Source: Candidatus Promineifilaceae bacterium (GTDB taxonomy: Bacteria; Chloroflexota; Anaerolineae; Promineifilales; Promineifilaceae). From it: a stretch of 64,000 nt of DNA. Each line of letters begins with the position of its first letter. The stretch's first letter is position 1. The notes under the pieces are model-generated. The model was not told the origin of the DNA, did no database searches, and worked only from the letters and a program-made list of their open reading frames with translations. The stretch spans positions 24,338 through 88,337 of the forward strand of contig JBMZDF010000001.1 in NCBI GenBank assembly GCA_049614105.1, in the 5' to 3' direction. A program made the position numbers and the translations under genes. Below are positions 1 through 8,396 of this stretch, piece after piece.

Positions 1-229
1 TATTAACGTGTTAAAGAAACAAAAACAAACAGGAAACTTTCCTTTAGCCAACTCTAACTCATAAAACAGGTGTTTAAGGAGTACTTTGCACCTATCTATC
101 TTGCTCTAAAATCTAATTGGTCATTGTTTAGCGGAAATTTCTCTATAAAAACACGTACGTTGTTACATATATTTTTGATATGCGTGTTGATAGGCGCAAG
201 ATATATTTGTTATTTGTAGGTCTTAATAA

Positions 230-3200
230 ATGAAACTACCTTTTTCACTCTTATTTACCATTATGATGTTTGGCGTTTCAGTGTTGCGGGTTTCTGCATC
301 TTCTGGTTCGGATGATACATTCTATGTTGATAGTACCGTTGATGCAGTTGATATAAATATTGGTGATGGTGTGTGTGCATCATCAACAGGTGCATGTACA
401 TTACGTGCGGCTGTCCAAGAAAGTAATGCGTTGTCAGGTATAAACACGATTAGTCTTCCAGAAAATAAATACGTACTGTCTTTGAGTGGGGGGAATGAGG
501 ATTCATCGGCGTCGGGTGATTTAGACATCAGAGATGCATTGATTATCATAAACCCTACGCCAGAGATTGGCGCTAAAATAGAAGCAAGAGGTGATCGCGT
601 CTTTCATATTCATACAGGAGCAACTTTAACGGGATCATGGTTGGTGCTGGCAGGTGGTTTTGCGCAAAATGGGGGAAATATATTTGTTGAGAATGGGGGG
701 GAGGTTACGCTAAACCATACGCTTATTCGTTCTGGGTATGCGACAGACTATGGAGGAGGAGTTTATAGTCATGGTACGGTAAATTTACATAATTCTGGTG
801 TAGATGATAACTGGTCGTCTGGGCAGGGCGGGGGAATCTGGATTTCTTCTAACGGGCGTCTTGGTCTCGTTGGGACCAGAGTTGAGGGCAATCAGGCAGG
901 CAGCGGAGGGGCTGGGATTGCAAGTAGTGGTGTTGTAACAATTACACATAGTCGTATCGAGAACAATAAAACAAATATTGCCGATACATCACCTGATAAC
1001 GTCAGCCGTGTACATATGGGGGCAGGTATTTATAACAATGGGGAGATGACGATAGGAAACACCACGATCGCTTCAAATAAAACAAATGCGGGCGGCGGCG
1101 GTATTTTTAATACCGGTCATACAAATGGTGCTGAACTAAAAATTTATAACAGCACAATTTATGATAATGAAGCTATTGCGGGCGGTGGGTTGCTTAATAA
1201 TGCTCCAGCCACATTAATCAATACAACTATCAGCGATAATCGTGCCATTTTTGGGGAGACTAATTGGTCTCCTTATGTTGACAATCTTAAAGCCAGATAT
1301 CCTTTGTATATTGGTTTGATTAACTCGGTTGATCCACAGCCAGAGGATGTGCTGGGCGGCGGCGGTATTTTACACTATGCTGAAACAGATAAACTGTTGC
1401 GTCTGATTAATGTCACACTAAGCCATAATGAAACAGATTTATCTGGCGGAGGGCTACGAATTGTTGCAGGTGATGTGAGTAGTGTGAACACAATTATAGC
1501 CAAAAATAGGCCCAATAACTGTTATTATGGCTTCCCATCCGAAGAAAAATGGAACCCAATCAGGGCTATACAGAGCCTATATGGGGCTAGTATCAATTTT
1601 CGATCAGATGGTTACAATCTGGAAGATAGCAATATCTGTGAGTTGACAGGTATCGCAGATCGGGTTAACGCATCACCGTTGCTTGGCCCACTGGAAGATA
1701 ATGGCGGTGTTAGCTGGACGCGGGCGCTTTCTGTCACAAGTGCGGCCATAGACAATGGTGTGTCGATTGCGGCAGAAACCGAAACGGATCAACGTGGTAT
1801 TTCTCGGCCGCAAGGCGGCGCTTGGGATATTGGTGCGTATGAGTTAATTCCTCCAACGGTAGTTGCACCCTCTAATAAGGCGGAGGGCGTACTTGTTCTC
1901 TATGCATTCTCGCTCGATGGGGTCGTGCAAGATAACCACAATCTGACGGGGATGTTTCGGCCGATTATCAACACCCTAGAAACAACAACACGCGGGATGA
2001 CCCAAACACAGGTTGTCGCCCTAGTTGATTTAACAGGTGCTGACAACACATTCATCTTAACAGCTCAGAATGGTGTAGTCAGTCGGATTGACGGGCTGCC
2101 AGATGCAGCAGGCCAATTACAAACGCACCTAACCGAATACAATATGACCGATCCCCAGAGCTTGGGGGCCTTTATCAGTTGGGCACGCCATGCATACCCC
2201 CTACGCCAAACAACATTCTCATTTGTGGGACATGGGTCTTATGCTGTGCCAGATGTCCCAGACTCACCTTCAGCAAGAACAAGCCACGTTGTAAACTCAA
2301 ATCCTGTTGTGCCAGCGCCAGTCAATTGGCCGTTGCCAACCCTGCCTACATTTTGGGTGCTGCCCACGTTTTGGGTGCTGCCCACGTTTTGGGTCTTAAC
2401 GAATGTAACCGATGCGTACCCACAGCCTAGTATTATCTCGCCATATGACATCTCGGAAGCATTGCGAATCGGGACAAACGACGGGGCCGACCCGATTGAC
2501 GTACTCGACCTATACCACTGCTTTTCAGCATCGTTAGAAGAATTATATGAAGTATCAAACCCTAACGATCCGGAACGCCCTTATGCTCACAAGTTTCTCG
2601 CATCCCCCAGTTATGTTTATCTGGATGCGTCACTAATTGGCAACGCGCTGGCAACCTTACGGCCTCAAGCGAGTGCCGAGGCTTTGGGTAGAGGGATGAT
2701 AGATGGGTATGAGGATGCGTTGACAGCAGCAGAAGCAGATGGCCCCAGCGAACATCCGCGCAAAACTATTATGGTGGACAGCTTAAAAATCGCGGAGCTT
2801 AAGCCTGCTTTGGATGCACTCTCACAAAAAATTCTTGAAGAGGACGAACCAGATACGTTAATAGCAGCCTACACTAATGCTAAACGCTATGATACAGATT
2901 TCCAGTGCGGTATTCATGAATGGGAACTCAATGCAGACGACCCGTTTATTGACCTTCACAGTTTTACTGTCGAACTTGCCAATCGTTATGGGGACGCAAC
3001 CCCCGTTGGTATTAAAGCCAATACGCTTGCAATTAAGATCAGTAATGCTGTTGAATATAGCCGTACCGTTCATGGAACGCCGTGGTTTGCGGATGAATCA
3101 TCTGAGTGGCAATTAGATGGGATGGGGATTGCATTATGGGCTGATTTAAATGGTCGTGCATGTAATGGAGGCACCGCTTTAAGCTGGCAGGCAGCTTACT

Positions 3201-4531
3201 ACACTGACACAGTTTCGGTTGTTCAATTTGGCGACAACCCTCACCCCTTTAGCTTGCTTAAAGGTGGTGGCTGGTCAGATGTAGTGCATAAGAGTTGGGA
3301 AACGGAGATCACAACGCTTATTACACCAACAGTCAACATGCCAGCTTTAGTGACCCTGCCTGTCACCGTTGAGGCAGGGTTGAGTGAGATTGTCTTGCCA
3401 CGTACTGGTTCGCTCAGCGTCGACACCCCTGTCCCAATGGGGGTTGTTATCTCGGCCACTTCTATTGTCGAGAACCCCCGTGTGAATTTTGAGGTGCAGG
3501 CAGCGAATGGCGATACAGTTTTCCGCACACAGATAAACGCAGGTTACTTAGTGACAGGCACACATCCTATCTATATTGCCTCAGCCCCAGAGGCGAATTT
3601 ATGGATACCACAGCAAAACGGGCATTACACCTTAACTGTGACGCTTGACCCCGATCATTATCTTGTTGAGACAGACAGAACGGACAACGTACTTGTACAA
3701 CGATATGTGGTTGAGGGTCAGGGAAGTACGACTAAATTCTCTGTTTCCTTGAGAGATAACAAGGTTTGGTTTGATTCATCAACGCTGGAGCTAATATTGA
3801 ACAGTCAGGATACGCTCGGGATGGCATTTGTGGAGGTTTATCACTATCCAGCGGCAGGAGAAACAACTCACAAACCAGCTCTTTTAACGACGGATACACT
3901 TAATTTGAGCAACCCGATTTTGACACTACCTGCGGAATTGTTGGCTCGGGGGCGTGTGGAGCTATTTGTATGGGGTTGGGCAAACAATGGTGACTTTATC
4001 CCGCAGCCAGCTCGTTTGTCTTTGAGCTATGTGCCAGAGTCGTTAACGTTGGGCGCGAATGAGAGCCACTTTTTCTACTATAACCATCGTGCGGTGGATG
4101 GGACGACTTTAGCTTGGACATTGAACGAGTTGGCGGATTCGGCCGAAATGTTCATTTTTGAACCATACAATCATTGGCAGTCGCTGTATTCGGCCGATAA
4201 CACTATCACCGTGTCCCCCGCTCTCTCTGGAAACTATCTTGTTGAAATCCGCGCGGGCGAAAACGGGGCAACCTACTCTCTTAGTAACCAAGTTAGCCGC
4301 AGAGCGGCCGAGGCAACAACAACCCGCGTTACTCGTCCGCGCCCTAACCAGCTTCAACCCGTACCCGTGCCGCCGAAAAGCCCTGGGGTGTCCGCCATTA
4401 CAATCGCACAACATGAAGTTTCATCGCCTGTATACCCCATTGGTTTGATTATGTTCCTCGTACTTTCAACCGCGTGGGTTCTGCTCTGGCATACACATCG
4501 CGCCATTTTTCATCAGCGCACAAATAGATAG
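230..4531 (+). CDS. Giant secreted, C-terminally anchored protein with a parallel beta-helix N-terminal half and a clostripain (C11)-like region
   Basis: The ORF is 1433 aa. The N-terminus MKLPFSLLFTIMMFGVSVLRVSASS looks like a signal peptide. GACTLRAAVQESNA resembles the CSLREA motif. Gly/Asn-rich beta-helix turns repeat through the N-terminal half, which ends in DQRGISRPQGGAWDIGAYE. FVGHGSY and LDLYHCFSAS resemble a clan CD His/Cys dyad. The C-terminal hydrophobic helix is VYPIGLIMFLVLSTAWVLLW. Confidence 0.7.
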   Translation: MKLPFSLLFTIMMFGVSVLRVSASSGSDDTFYVDSTVDAVDINIGDGVCASSTGACTLRAAVQESNALSGINTISLPENKYVLSLSGGNEDSSASGDLDIRDALIIINPTPEIGAKIEARGDRVFHIHTGATLTGSWLVLAGGFAQNGGNIFVENGGEVTLNHTLIRSGYATDYGGGVYSHGTVNLHNSGVDDNWSSGQGGGIWISSNGRLGLVGTRVEGNQAGSGGAGIASSGVVTITHSRIENNKTNIADTSPDNVSRVHMGAGIYNNGEMTIGNTTIASNKTNAGGGGIFNTGHTNGAELKIYNSTIYDNEAIAGGGLLNNAPATLINTTISDNRAIFGETNWSPYVDNLKARYPLYIGLINSVDPQPEDVLGGGGILHYAETDKLLRLINVTLSHNETDLSGGGLRIVAGDVSSVNTIIAKNRPNNCYYGFPSEEKWNPIRAIQSLYGASINFRSDGYNLEDSNICELTGIADRVNASPLLGPLEDNGGVSWTRALSVTSAAIDNGVSIAAETETDQRGISRPQGGAWDIGAYELIPPTVVAPSNKAEGVLVLYAFSLDGVVQDNHNLTGMFRPIINTLETTTRGMTQTQVVALVDLTGADNTFILTAQNGVVSRIDGLPDAAGQLQTHLTEYNMTDPQSLGAFISWARHAYPLRQTTFSFVGHGSYAVPDVPDSPSARTSHVVNSNPVVPAPVNWPLPTLPTFWVLPTFWVLPTFWVLTNVTDAYPQPSIISPYDISEALRIGTNDGADPIDVLDLYHCFSASLEELYEVSNPNDPERPYAHKFLASPSYVYLDASLIGNALATLRPQASAEALGRGMIDGYEDALTAAEADGPSEHPRKTIMVDSLKIAELKPALDALSQKILEEDEPDTLIAAYTNAKRYDTDFQCGIHEWELNADDPFIDLHSFTVELANRYGDATPVGIKANTLAIKISNAVEYSRTVHGTPWFADESSEWQLDGMGIALWADLNGRACNGGTALSWQAAYYTDTVSVVQFGDNPHPFSLLKGGGWSDVVHKSWETEITTLITPTVNMPALVTLPVTVEAGLSEIVLPRTGSLSVDTPVPMGVVISATSIVENPRVNFEVQAANGDTVFRTQINAGYLVTGTHPIYIASAPEANLWIPQQNGHYTLTVTLDPDHYLVETDRTDNVLVQRYVVEGQGSTTKFSVSLRDNKVWFDSSTLELILNSQDTLGMAFVEVYHYPAAGETTHKPALLTTDTLNLSNPILTLPAELLARGRVELFVWGWANNGDFIPQPARLSLSYVPESLTLGANESHFFYYNHRAVDGTTLAWTLNELADSAEMFIFEPYNHWQSLYSADNTITVSPALSGNYLVEIRAGENGATYSLSNQVSRRAAEATTTRVTRPRPNQLQPVPVPPKSPGVSAITIAQHEVSSPVYPIGLIMFLVLSTAWVLLWHTHRAIFHQRTNR
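2342..2395 (+). repeat. Three tandem 18-bp units encoding (L)PTFWV x3 inside the giant ORF
   Basis: The DNA reads ctgcctacattttgggtg / ctgcccacgttttgggtg / ctgcccacgttttgggtc, and the protein reads LPTFWVLPTFWVLPTFWVL. Confidence 0.9.
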
Positions 4532-4560
4532 GTCCTTCGTTCTCATCAAGGTCGTGATCA

Positions 4561-6021
4561 ATGATAAAGTTGCCGTTTTCAAGAATTAGCTTGTTTGTAG
4601 TCTTCCTGTCGCTATTTATCTACTCAAATGCGTATGCACAGGCAACAGGTGGCTCTCTAATCCACAGCATAGAGTCTGGCGGAACCGCAAGAGGGCATCT
4701 TAATCAGAGCAAGACGCCACTTATTAATTCGAGGTCGCTTAGTACGCTGCCTCGTACACTTTTCAACAATATCACCATTATAGACAACGGCATCACGCTC
4801 AATTGCCAAAATGAGATGTTGTGCTTCAGTATTGGAATTGGTGATGCGGAACAGATTGATCGGCTTGTGATAAGGGTGGACGATTCAGGGGGAATGAGTG
4901 TCACCGATAGGTCTATCAACAATCCCAAAAATTCTGAAACCGTGACTTTTAACCTTGCAAACTTTATACCAGAAGAAACTTATTCTTTTCAAGTGTATGC
5001 GCTCAATCGAAATAACGAATATATCGTTCCAGAGGGCGAAAATAGCGAAGTCTTGTTGACTAAATCGTTCACTATGCCTGCGGTGCGCGTATCTACGTTT
5101 GAGTCTAAAATTGAGACGGTTAATGTAGAGTATGAATCGATGCGCTTTATCATTGATCTAGCATTGCCAAGCGGCAACAAGATTCAACTATACTCAGGCC
5201 AGATTGTCGAAAATGATTCGGGTCGTAGTGTTCATAAGTTTGAAAGTAACGTTTTCAATGGGGATACAATCATCACGCAGCTTCCGCAAGAACTGCGTAC
5301 ACCTGAAGCCAAATATGATTATACGCTTGAATTAATATTAGAAATATCGGATGAGAATGACAACTGGTCTAAATCCGAAGTTTCCCGCGAGTTCTCTCCT
5401 AATCTACCTGTTGCCCCTAGCTTTATACAGACGTTGATCTCGCGCTTGGGTAGCAGTCCTGTTTTTTTGTTTGCGATTATGACGGTTGCACTCTCTATCC
5501 CTATCCTTATCATACGTCGCAGGCGTCAGGCAAAAGCGGCAGAAGTTAAAGTAAAACGCCCCCCTGTAGATAATTACACCATACTGGCTGAAGATTTGGT
5601 TTTTCCGCCAGTGACACGTGAAAGTAACGCAGGCGAGGTGGGTAATCTGGGGCGAGCTCCTGAGGGGCGGCTGCAACAGACCTTATTACACTCACAGAAT
5701 CGGGTTACACAACAGATTCAACCAATCCAGGTACGGGTGTTTCGTATGCCCAAAAATGAGATTGTTCATGAGTGGCGTGTTTCATCGTTGCCAGCGACTT
5801 TGGGACGTGCGAATTGTGATTTGGTAATTCGAGGGGACAATCATATTTCACGCCTTCACATTGAGATCGGCCGAGAAGATAACGCTATTTATGTTAAAGA
5901 TTTAAACAGCAAGGTGGGCGTACGAATCAATAAGCGACGTTTGCCCGTTGGGGTTAATGTAACGATTCGGCCGAAAACACAGATCCAGCTAAGTTCCAAA
6001 ACAACCATCGAGCTGATGTAA
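4561..6021 (+). CDS. Single-pass membrane protein with an extracytoplasmic N-terminal region and a cytoplasmic C-terminal FHA domain
   Basis: There is a signal-like N-terminus and a TM segment VFLFAIMTVALSIPILIIRRRRQ. The C-terminus LGRANCDLVIRGDNHISRLHIEIGREDNAIYVKDLNSKVGVRIN matches the FHA G-R...S-R-x-H...D-L-x-S-x-x-G pattern. Confidence 0.75.
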   Translation: MIKLPFSRISLFVVFLSLFIYSNAYAQATGGSLIHSIESGGTARGHLNQSKTPLINSRSLSTLPRTLFNNITIIDNGITLNCQNEMLCFSIGIGDAEQIDRLVIRVDDSGGMSVTDRSINNPKNSETVTFNLANFIPEETYSFQVYALNRNNEYIVPEGENSEVLLTKSFTMPAVRVSTFESKIETVNVEYESMRFIIDLALPSGNKIQLYSGQIVENDSGRSVHKFESNVFNGDTIITQLPQELRTPEAKYDYTLELILEISDENDNWSKSEVSREFSPNLPVAPSFIQTLISRLGSSPVFLFAIMTVALSIPILIIRRRRQAKAAEVKVKRPPVDNYTILAEDLVFPPVTRESNAGEVGNLGRAPEGRLQQTLLHSQNRVTQQIQPIQVRVFRMPKNEIVHEWRVSSLPATLGRANCDLVIRGDNHISRLHIEIGREDNAIYVKDLNSKVGVRINKRRLPVGVNVTIRPKTQIQLSSKTTIELM

Positions 6022-6309
6022 CAAACGGTGATATTCGGCCGAAATCAAAGCCATCATGAAAGCTATGTAAAAGAGCGTTTACATAACCTATGTGAGGTGG
6101 ATCACATCCGCCAAAATAATTTAGGCGGTTAGTCCAAATAACCTTTGAACTGCACGGCGCTTTATTATAGTAGAGACCTTGATTTTATTCGGGGCGTGCC
6201 CTAGACGAAAACCGCAGAGGTTTGTTGTCATCTACTCTGGTTTGTGCATAAAAACCTCTGAGGTTTATTGACTTAGCAAAAAAGCTTAATAGATTGTTAT
6301 AATTGTTAT

Positions 6310-6546
6310 ATGGAACATAGTCAGCTTATAAATGATGATAAAGAACGGCTAATCTCACTTGCTGAAGCGGCAGGTAAATATGGCTTGACCCAACGATATT
6401 TGAGCAAGTTAGCCAAAAAAGGACGCTTGCAAGCTCAAAAGTATGGGCCGATTTGGCTTACTACCCCAAAAGACGTTGAAATCTATATTGCTAGCCGTCA
6501 AAAACGTGGTGTATATCGTGAAGATATTGATGTCACCAATTTTTGA
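6310..6546 (+). CDS. Excisionase/MerR-type HTH protein, paralog 1 of 5
   Basis: It starts MEHSQL, and RLISLAEAAGKYGLTQRYLSKLAKKGRLQAQKYGPIWLTTPKDVEIYI fits the HTH_17-like pattern (EAA..G......L...G.L.....G..W). The other four copies align over their full length. Confidence 0.8.
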   Translation: MEHSQLINDDKERLISLAEAAGKYGLTQRYLSKLAKKGRLQAQKYGPIWLTTPKDVEIYIASRQKRGVYREDIDVTNF

Positions 6547-6572
6547 CAAATGGCCTTTTATGTAGCTATAAT
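6543..6572 (+). promoter_or_regulatory. Near-consensus sigma-70 promoter (TTGACA-18-TATAAT) overlapping the stop codon of paralog 1
   Basis: ttgaca lies at 6543-6548 and tataat at 6567-6572. A conserved leader (agaaatcaaagcgcaaattgcgaagatag) follows and runs into the ATG at 6617. Confidence 0.55.
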
Positions 6573-6616
6573 TGCAGAAATCAAAGCGCAAATTGCGAAG
6601 ATAGTTTAATTATTGT

Positions 6617-6853
6617 ATGGAACACAATCAAACTGCGAGTGATAATAAAAGACGGTTGATTTCTTTGCCTGAAGCGGCTGAGCTTTATGGTTTCCATTCC
6701 GAGTATTTAAGTACACTAGTACGGAAAGGACGGCTAGACGGTCTGAAAGTTGGAGGGCGTTGGATTACAACCCCACAGGATGTAGAAAATTTTATCCGCA
6801 GCCGACAAAAACGCGGTGTTTATCGTGCTGATATTCAATTGGATTGCGAATAA
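6617..6853 (+). CDS. Excisionase/MerR-type HTH protein, paralog 2 of 5
   Basis: MEHNQTASDNKRRLISLPEAAELYGF...GRWITTPQDVENFIRSRQKRGVYRADIQLD is colinear with the other copies. Confidence 0.8.
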   Translation: MEHNQTASDNKRRLISLPEAAELYGFHSEYLSTLVRKGRLDGLKVGGRWITTPQDVENFIRSRQKRGVYRADIQLDCE

Positions 6854-6872
6854 CTGTTGAATCAGTTATAAT
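6844..6872 (+). promoter_or_regulatory. Sigma-70-like promoter (TTGCGA-17-TATAAT) overlapping the end of paralog 2
   Basis: ttgcga lies at 6844-6849 and tataat at 6867-6872. Confidence 0.4.
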
Positions 6873-7041
6873 AGCCCAAGAATGCAACAGATAATAAACT
6901 GCAAAAAACGTATTCATTTCAAAGAAGCAAGAGAATAGCTTTTGCAGGTTGTTGCAATTGACGAGGCCAACCATCCAGATTTAGATTATATTTGGGTGAG
7001 AGAAATCAAAACGCAAATTGCGAAGATAGCATAATTATTGT

Positions 7042-7269
7042 ATGGAACACGATCAAATTGCGAGTGATAATAAAAGACGGTTGATTTCTTTGCCTGAAGC
7101 GGCCGAGCTTTATGGGTTTAATGCTGATTACTTACGCCATTTAGCACATAGAGGCCGCTTACAAGCTCAAAAAGTTGGTCGAAATTGGATCACAACACCA
7201 GCACAAGTTGAAAGCTATATTGCCAGCCGAAAAAAGATGGGTGTTTATCGTGGCGATATTCAACTTTGA
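7042..7269 (+). CDS. Excisionase/MerR-type HTH protein, paralog 3 of 5
   Basis: MEHDQIASDNKRRLISLPEAAELYGF...GRNWITTPAQVESYIASRKKMGVYRGDIQL aligns with the other copies. Confidence 0.8.
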   Translation: MEHDQIASDNKRRLISLPEAAELYGFNADYLRHLAHRGRLQAQKVGRNWITTPAQVESYIASRKKMGVYRGDIQL

Positions 7270-7295
7270 CAAATAATCCTTTACAGGACTATAAT
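7266..7295 (+). promoter_or_regulatory. Near-consensus sigma-70 promoter (TTGACA-18-TATAAT) overlapping the stop codon of paralog 3
   Basis: ttgaca lies at 7266-7271 and tataat at 7290-7295. Confidence 0.55.
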
Positions 7296-7361
7296 TGCAA
7301 CCATCAACTAGCCGCTGAGAGAAATCAAAGCGCAAATTACGAAGATAGCATAATTATTGTT

Positions 7362-7592
7362 ATGGAACACGATCAAGTTGCGAGTGATAGTAAAAAACGG
7401 TTGATTTCTTTGTCCGAAGCGGCAGAAATCTATGATTTCAATAACGATTATTTGGGTCAGCTTGCTAGACGAGGAAGACTTAAAGCTCAAAAAATCGGCA
7501 ATTCATGGGTGACAACCCCTAATTATGTTGAAGACTTCATTCGTAGTCGAAAACAAAAAGGATTGTTCCGAAAAGATATTCAGATCAGTTGA
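7362..7592 (+). CDS. Excisionase/MerR-type HTH protein, paralog 4 of 5
   Basis: The start is set at the internal MEHDQVASD (ATG 7362) by homology with the other four copies and the conserved leader upstream. The track ORF beginning at 7266 would read through the promoter and leader. Confidence 0.75.
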   Translation: MEHDQVASDSKKRLISLSEAAEIYDFNNDYLGQLARRGRLKAQKIGNSWVTTPNYVEDFIRSRKQKGLFRKDIQIS

Positions 7593-7618
7593 CGCGTGCT
7601 CGTTTGATCGAGTATAAT
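7589..7618 (+). promoter_or_regulatory. Sigma-70-like promoter (TTGACG-18-TATAAT) overlapping the stop codon of paralog 4 and driving repeat copy A
   Basis: ttgacg lies at 7589-7594 and tataat at 7613-7618. Confidence 0.5.
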
Positions 7619-7812
7619 GCGTGCAATCAAATAGTTGATTATGCAACAACAGTACAGTGCAACAACACTGCGCAGTTGCCTAACCCAAACCCTGCAAAGA
7701 CAGGCGGCGGACTGTGTTCAGCGTACTCAGGTAGCTAACTGACTTCAAGTCAAAAAGCAAATGAGAATGCAAATCCAGCCAATTTCAAGCGGTTGAAGTC
7801 ACAGACTTCTCT
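7611..7812 (+). repeat. Copy A of a duplicated ~202-nt element, a candidate structured leader RNA of paralog 5
   Basis: It aligns base-for-base with 8089-8290 apart from scattered substitutions. It contains the hairpins CAGTG-N6-CACTG and CCTG-N6-CAGG and the 9-bp stem TGACTTCAA(7740-7748)/TTGAAGTCA(7793-7801). Confidence 0.7.
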
Positions 7813-7843
7813 GCGCAAATTGCAAAGATAGTTTAATTATTGC

Positions 7844-8071
7844 ATGGAATACAAGAGTGTGAATGACAATAAAGGGCGGTTAATTTCGTTGCCTGTAGCC
7901 GCAGAGATTTACGACTTTAATCCTGCCTATCTGCGACAACTTGCATTAAGAGGCAGGTTGGATGCACAAAAAGTAGGTAATAGCTGGGTGACAACCCCTG
8001 CAAACATCGAATTGTTTATTCGTAGTCGAAAAAAGACAGGCGCATATCGAGAAGATATACAATTAGATTGA
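7844..8071 (+). CDS. Excisionase/MerR-type HTH protein, paralog 5 of 5
   Basis: MEYKSVNDNKGRLISLPVAAEIYDF...GNSWVTTPANIELFIRSRKKTGAYREDIQLD aligns with the other copies. Confidence 0.8.
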   Translation: MEYKSVNDNKGRLISLPVAAEIYDFNPAYLRQLALRGRLDAQKVGNSWVTTPANIELFIRSRKKTGAYREDIQLD

Positions 8072-8095
8072 CTTAGCTCTTTAGCGTAGTATAAT
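8068..8095 (+). promoter_or_regulatory. Sigma-70-like promoter (TTGACT-16-TATAAT) overlapping the stop codon of paralog 5 and driving repeat copy B
   Basis: ttgact lies at 8068-8073 and tataat at 8090-8095. Confidence 0.45.
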
Positions 8096-8290
8096 CATAG
8101 TAATTAAATAGTTTATTATGCAACAACAGCACAGTGCACAAACACTGCGCAGTTGCTTAACCCGGACCCTGAAAAAAGCAGGCGGCGGGCTGCGTTAAGT
8201 GTACTCAGGTAGCTAATTGACTTCAAGTCAAAAAGCAAATGAGAATACAAATCCAGCCAATTTCAAGCGGTTGAAGTCACAGACCTCTCT
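8089..8290 (+). ncRNA. Copy B of the duplicated ~202-nt element, a candidate stand-alone small RNA (promoter upstream, terminator downstream, no ORF)
   Basis: It has the same stems as copy A with variable loops (CAGTG-cacaaa-CACTG; CCTG-aaaaaag-CAGG; TGACTTCAA 8218-8226 / TTGAAGTCA 8271-8279). An intrinsic terminator follows at 8303-8342. Confidence 0.35.
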
Positions 8291-8302
8291 ACCTTACTTG
8301 TC

Positions 8303-8342
8303 AAAAAGCCGTTTTCACAGGAATGTGGGGGCGGCTTTTTTT
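8303..8342 (+). terminator. Rho-independent terminator-like hairpin with a T-run
   Basis: AAAAAGCCG (8303-8311) pairs with CGGCTTTTT (8332-8340), and a run of T residues follows to 8342. Confidence 0.55.
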
Positions 8343-8396
8343 GTTGTCAGAGTAGGCTAGTTGAGAAAAGGTTACAGTTCTAAATAAGTTTAATTA

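Noticed and set aside
7266-7361. An N-terminal 32-aa extension of HTH paralog 4 given in the ORF track
   Set aside because: The extension would be translated from the promoter and the conserved leader shared with the other cassettes. Homology with the four other paralogs begins exactly at MEHDQ (7362).
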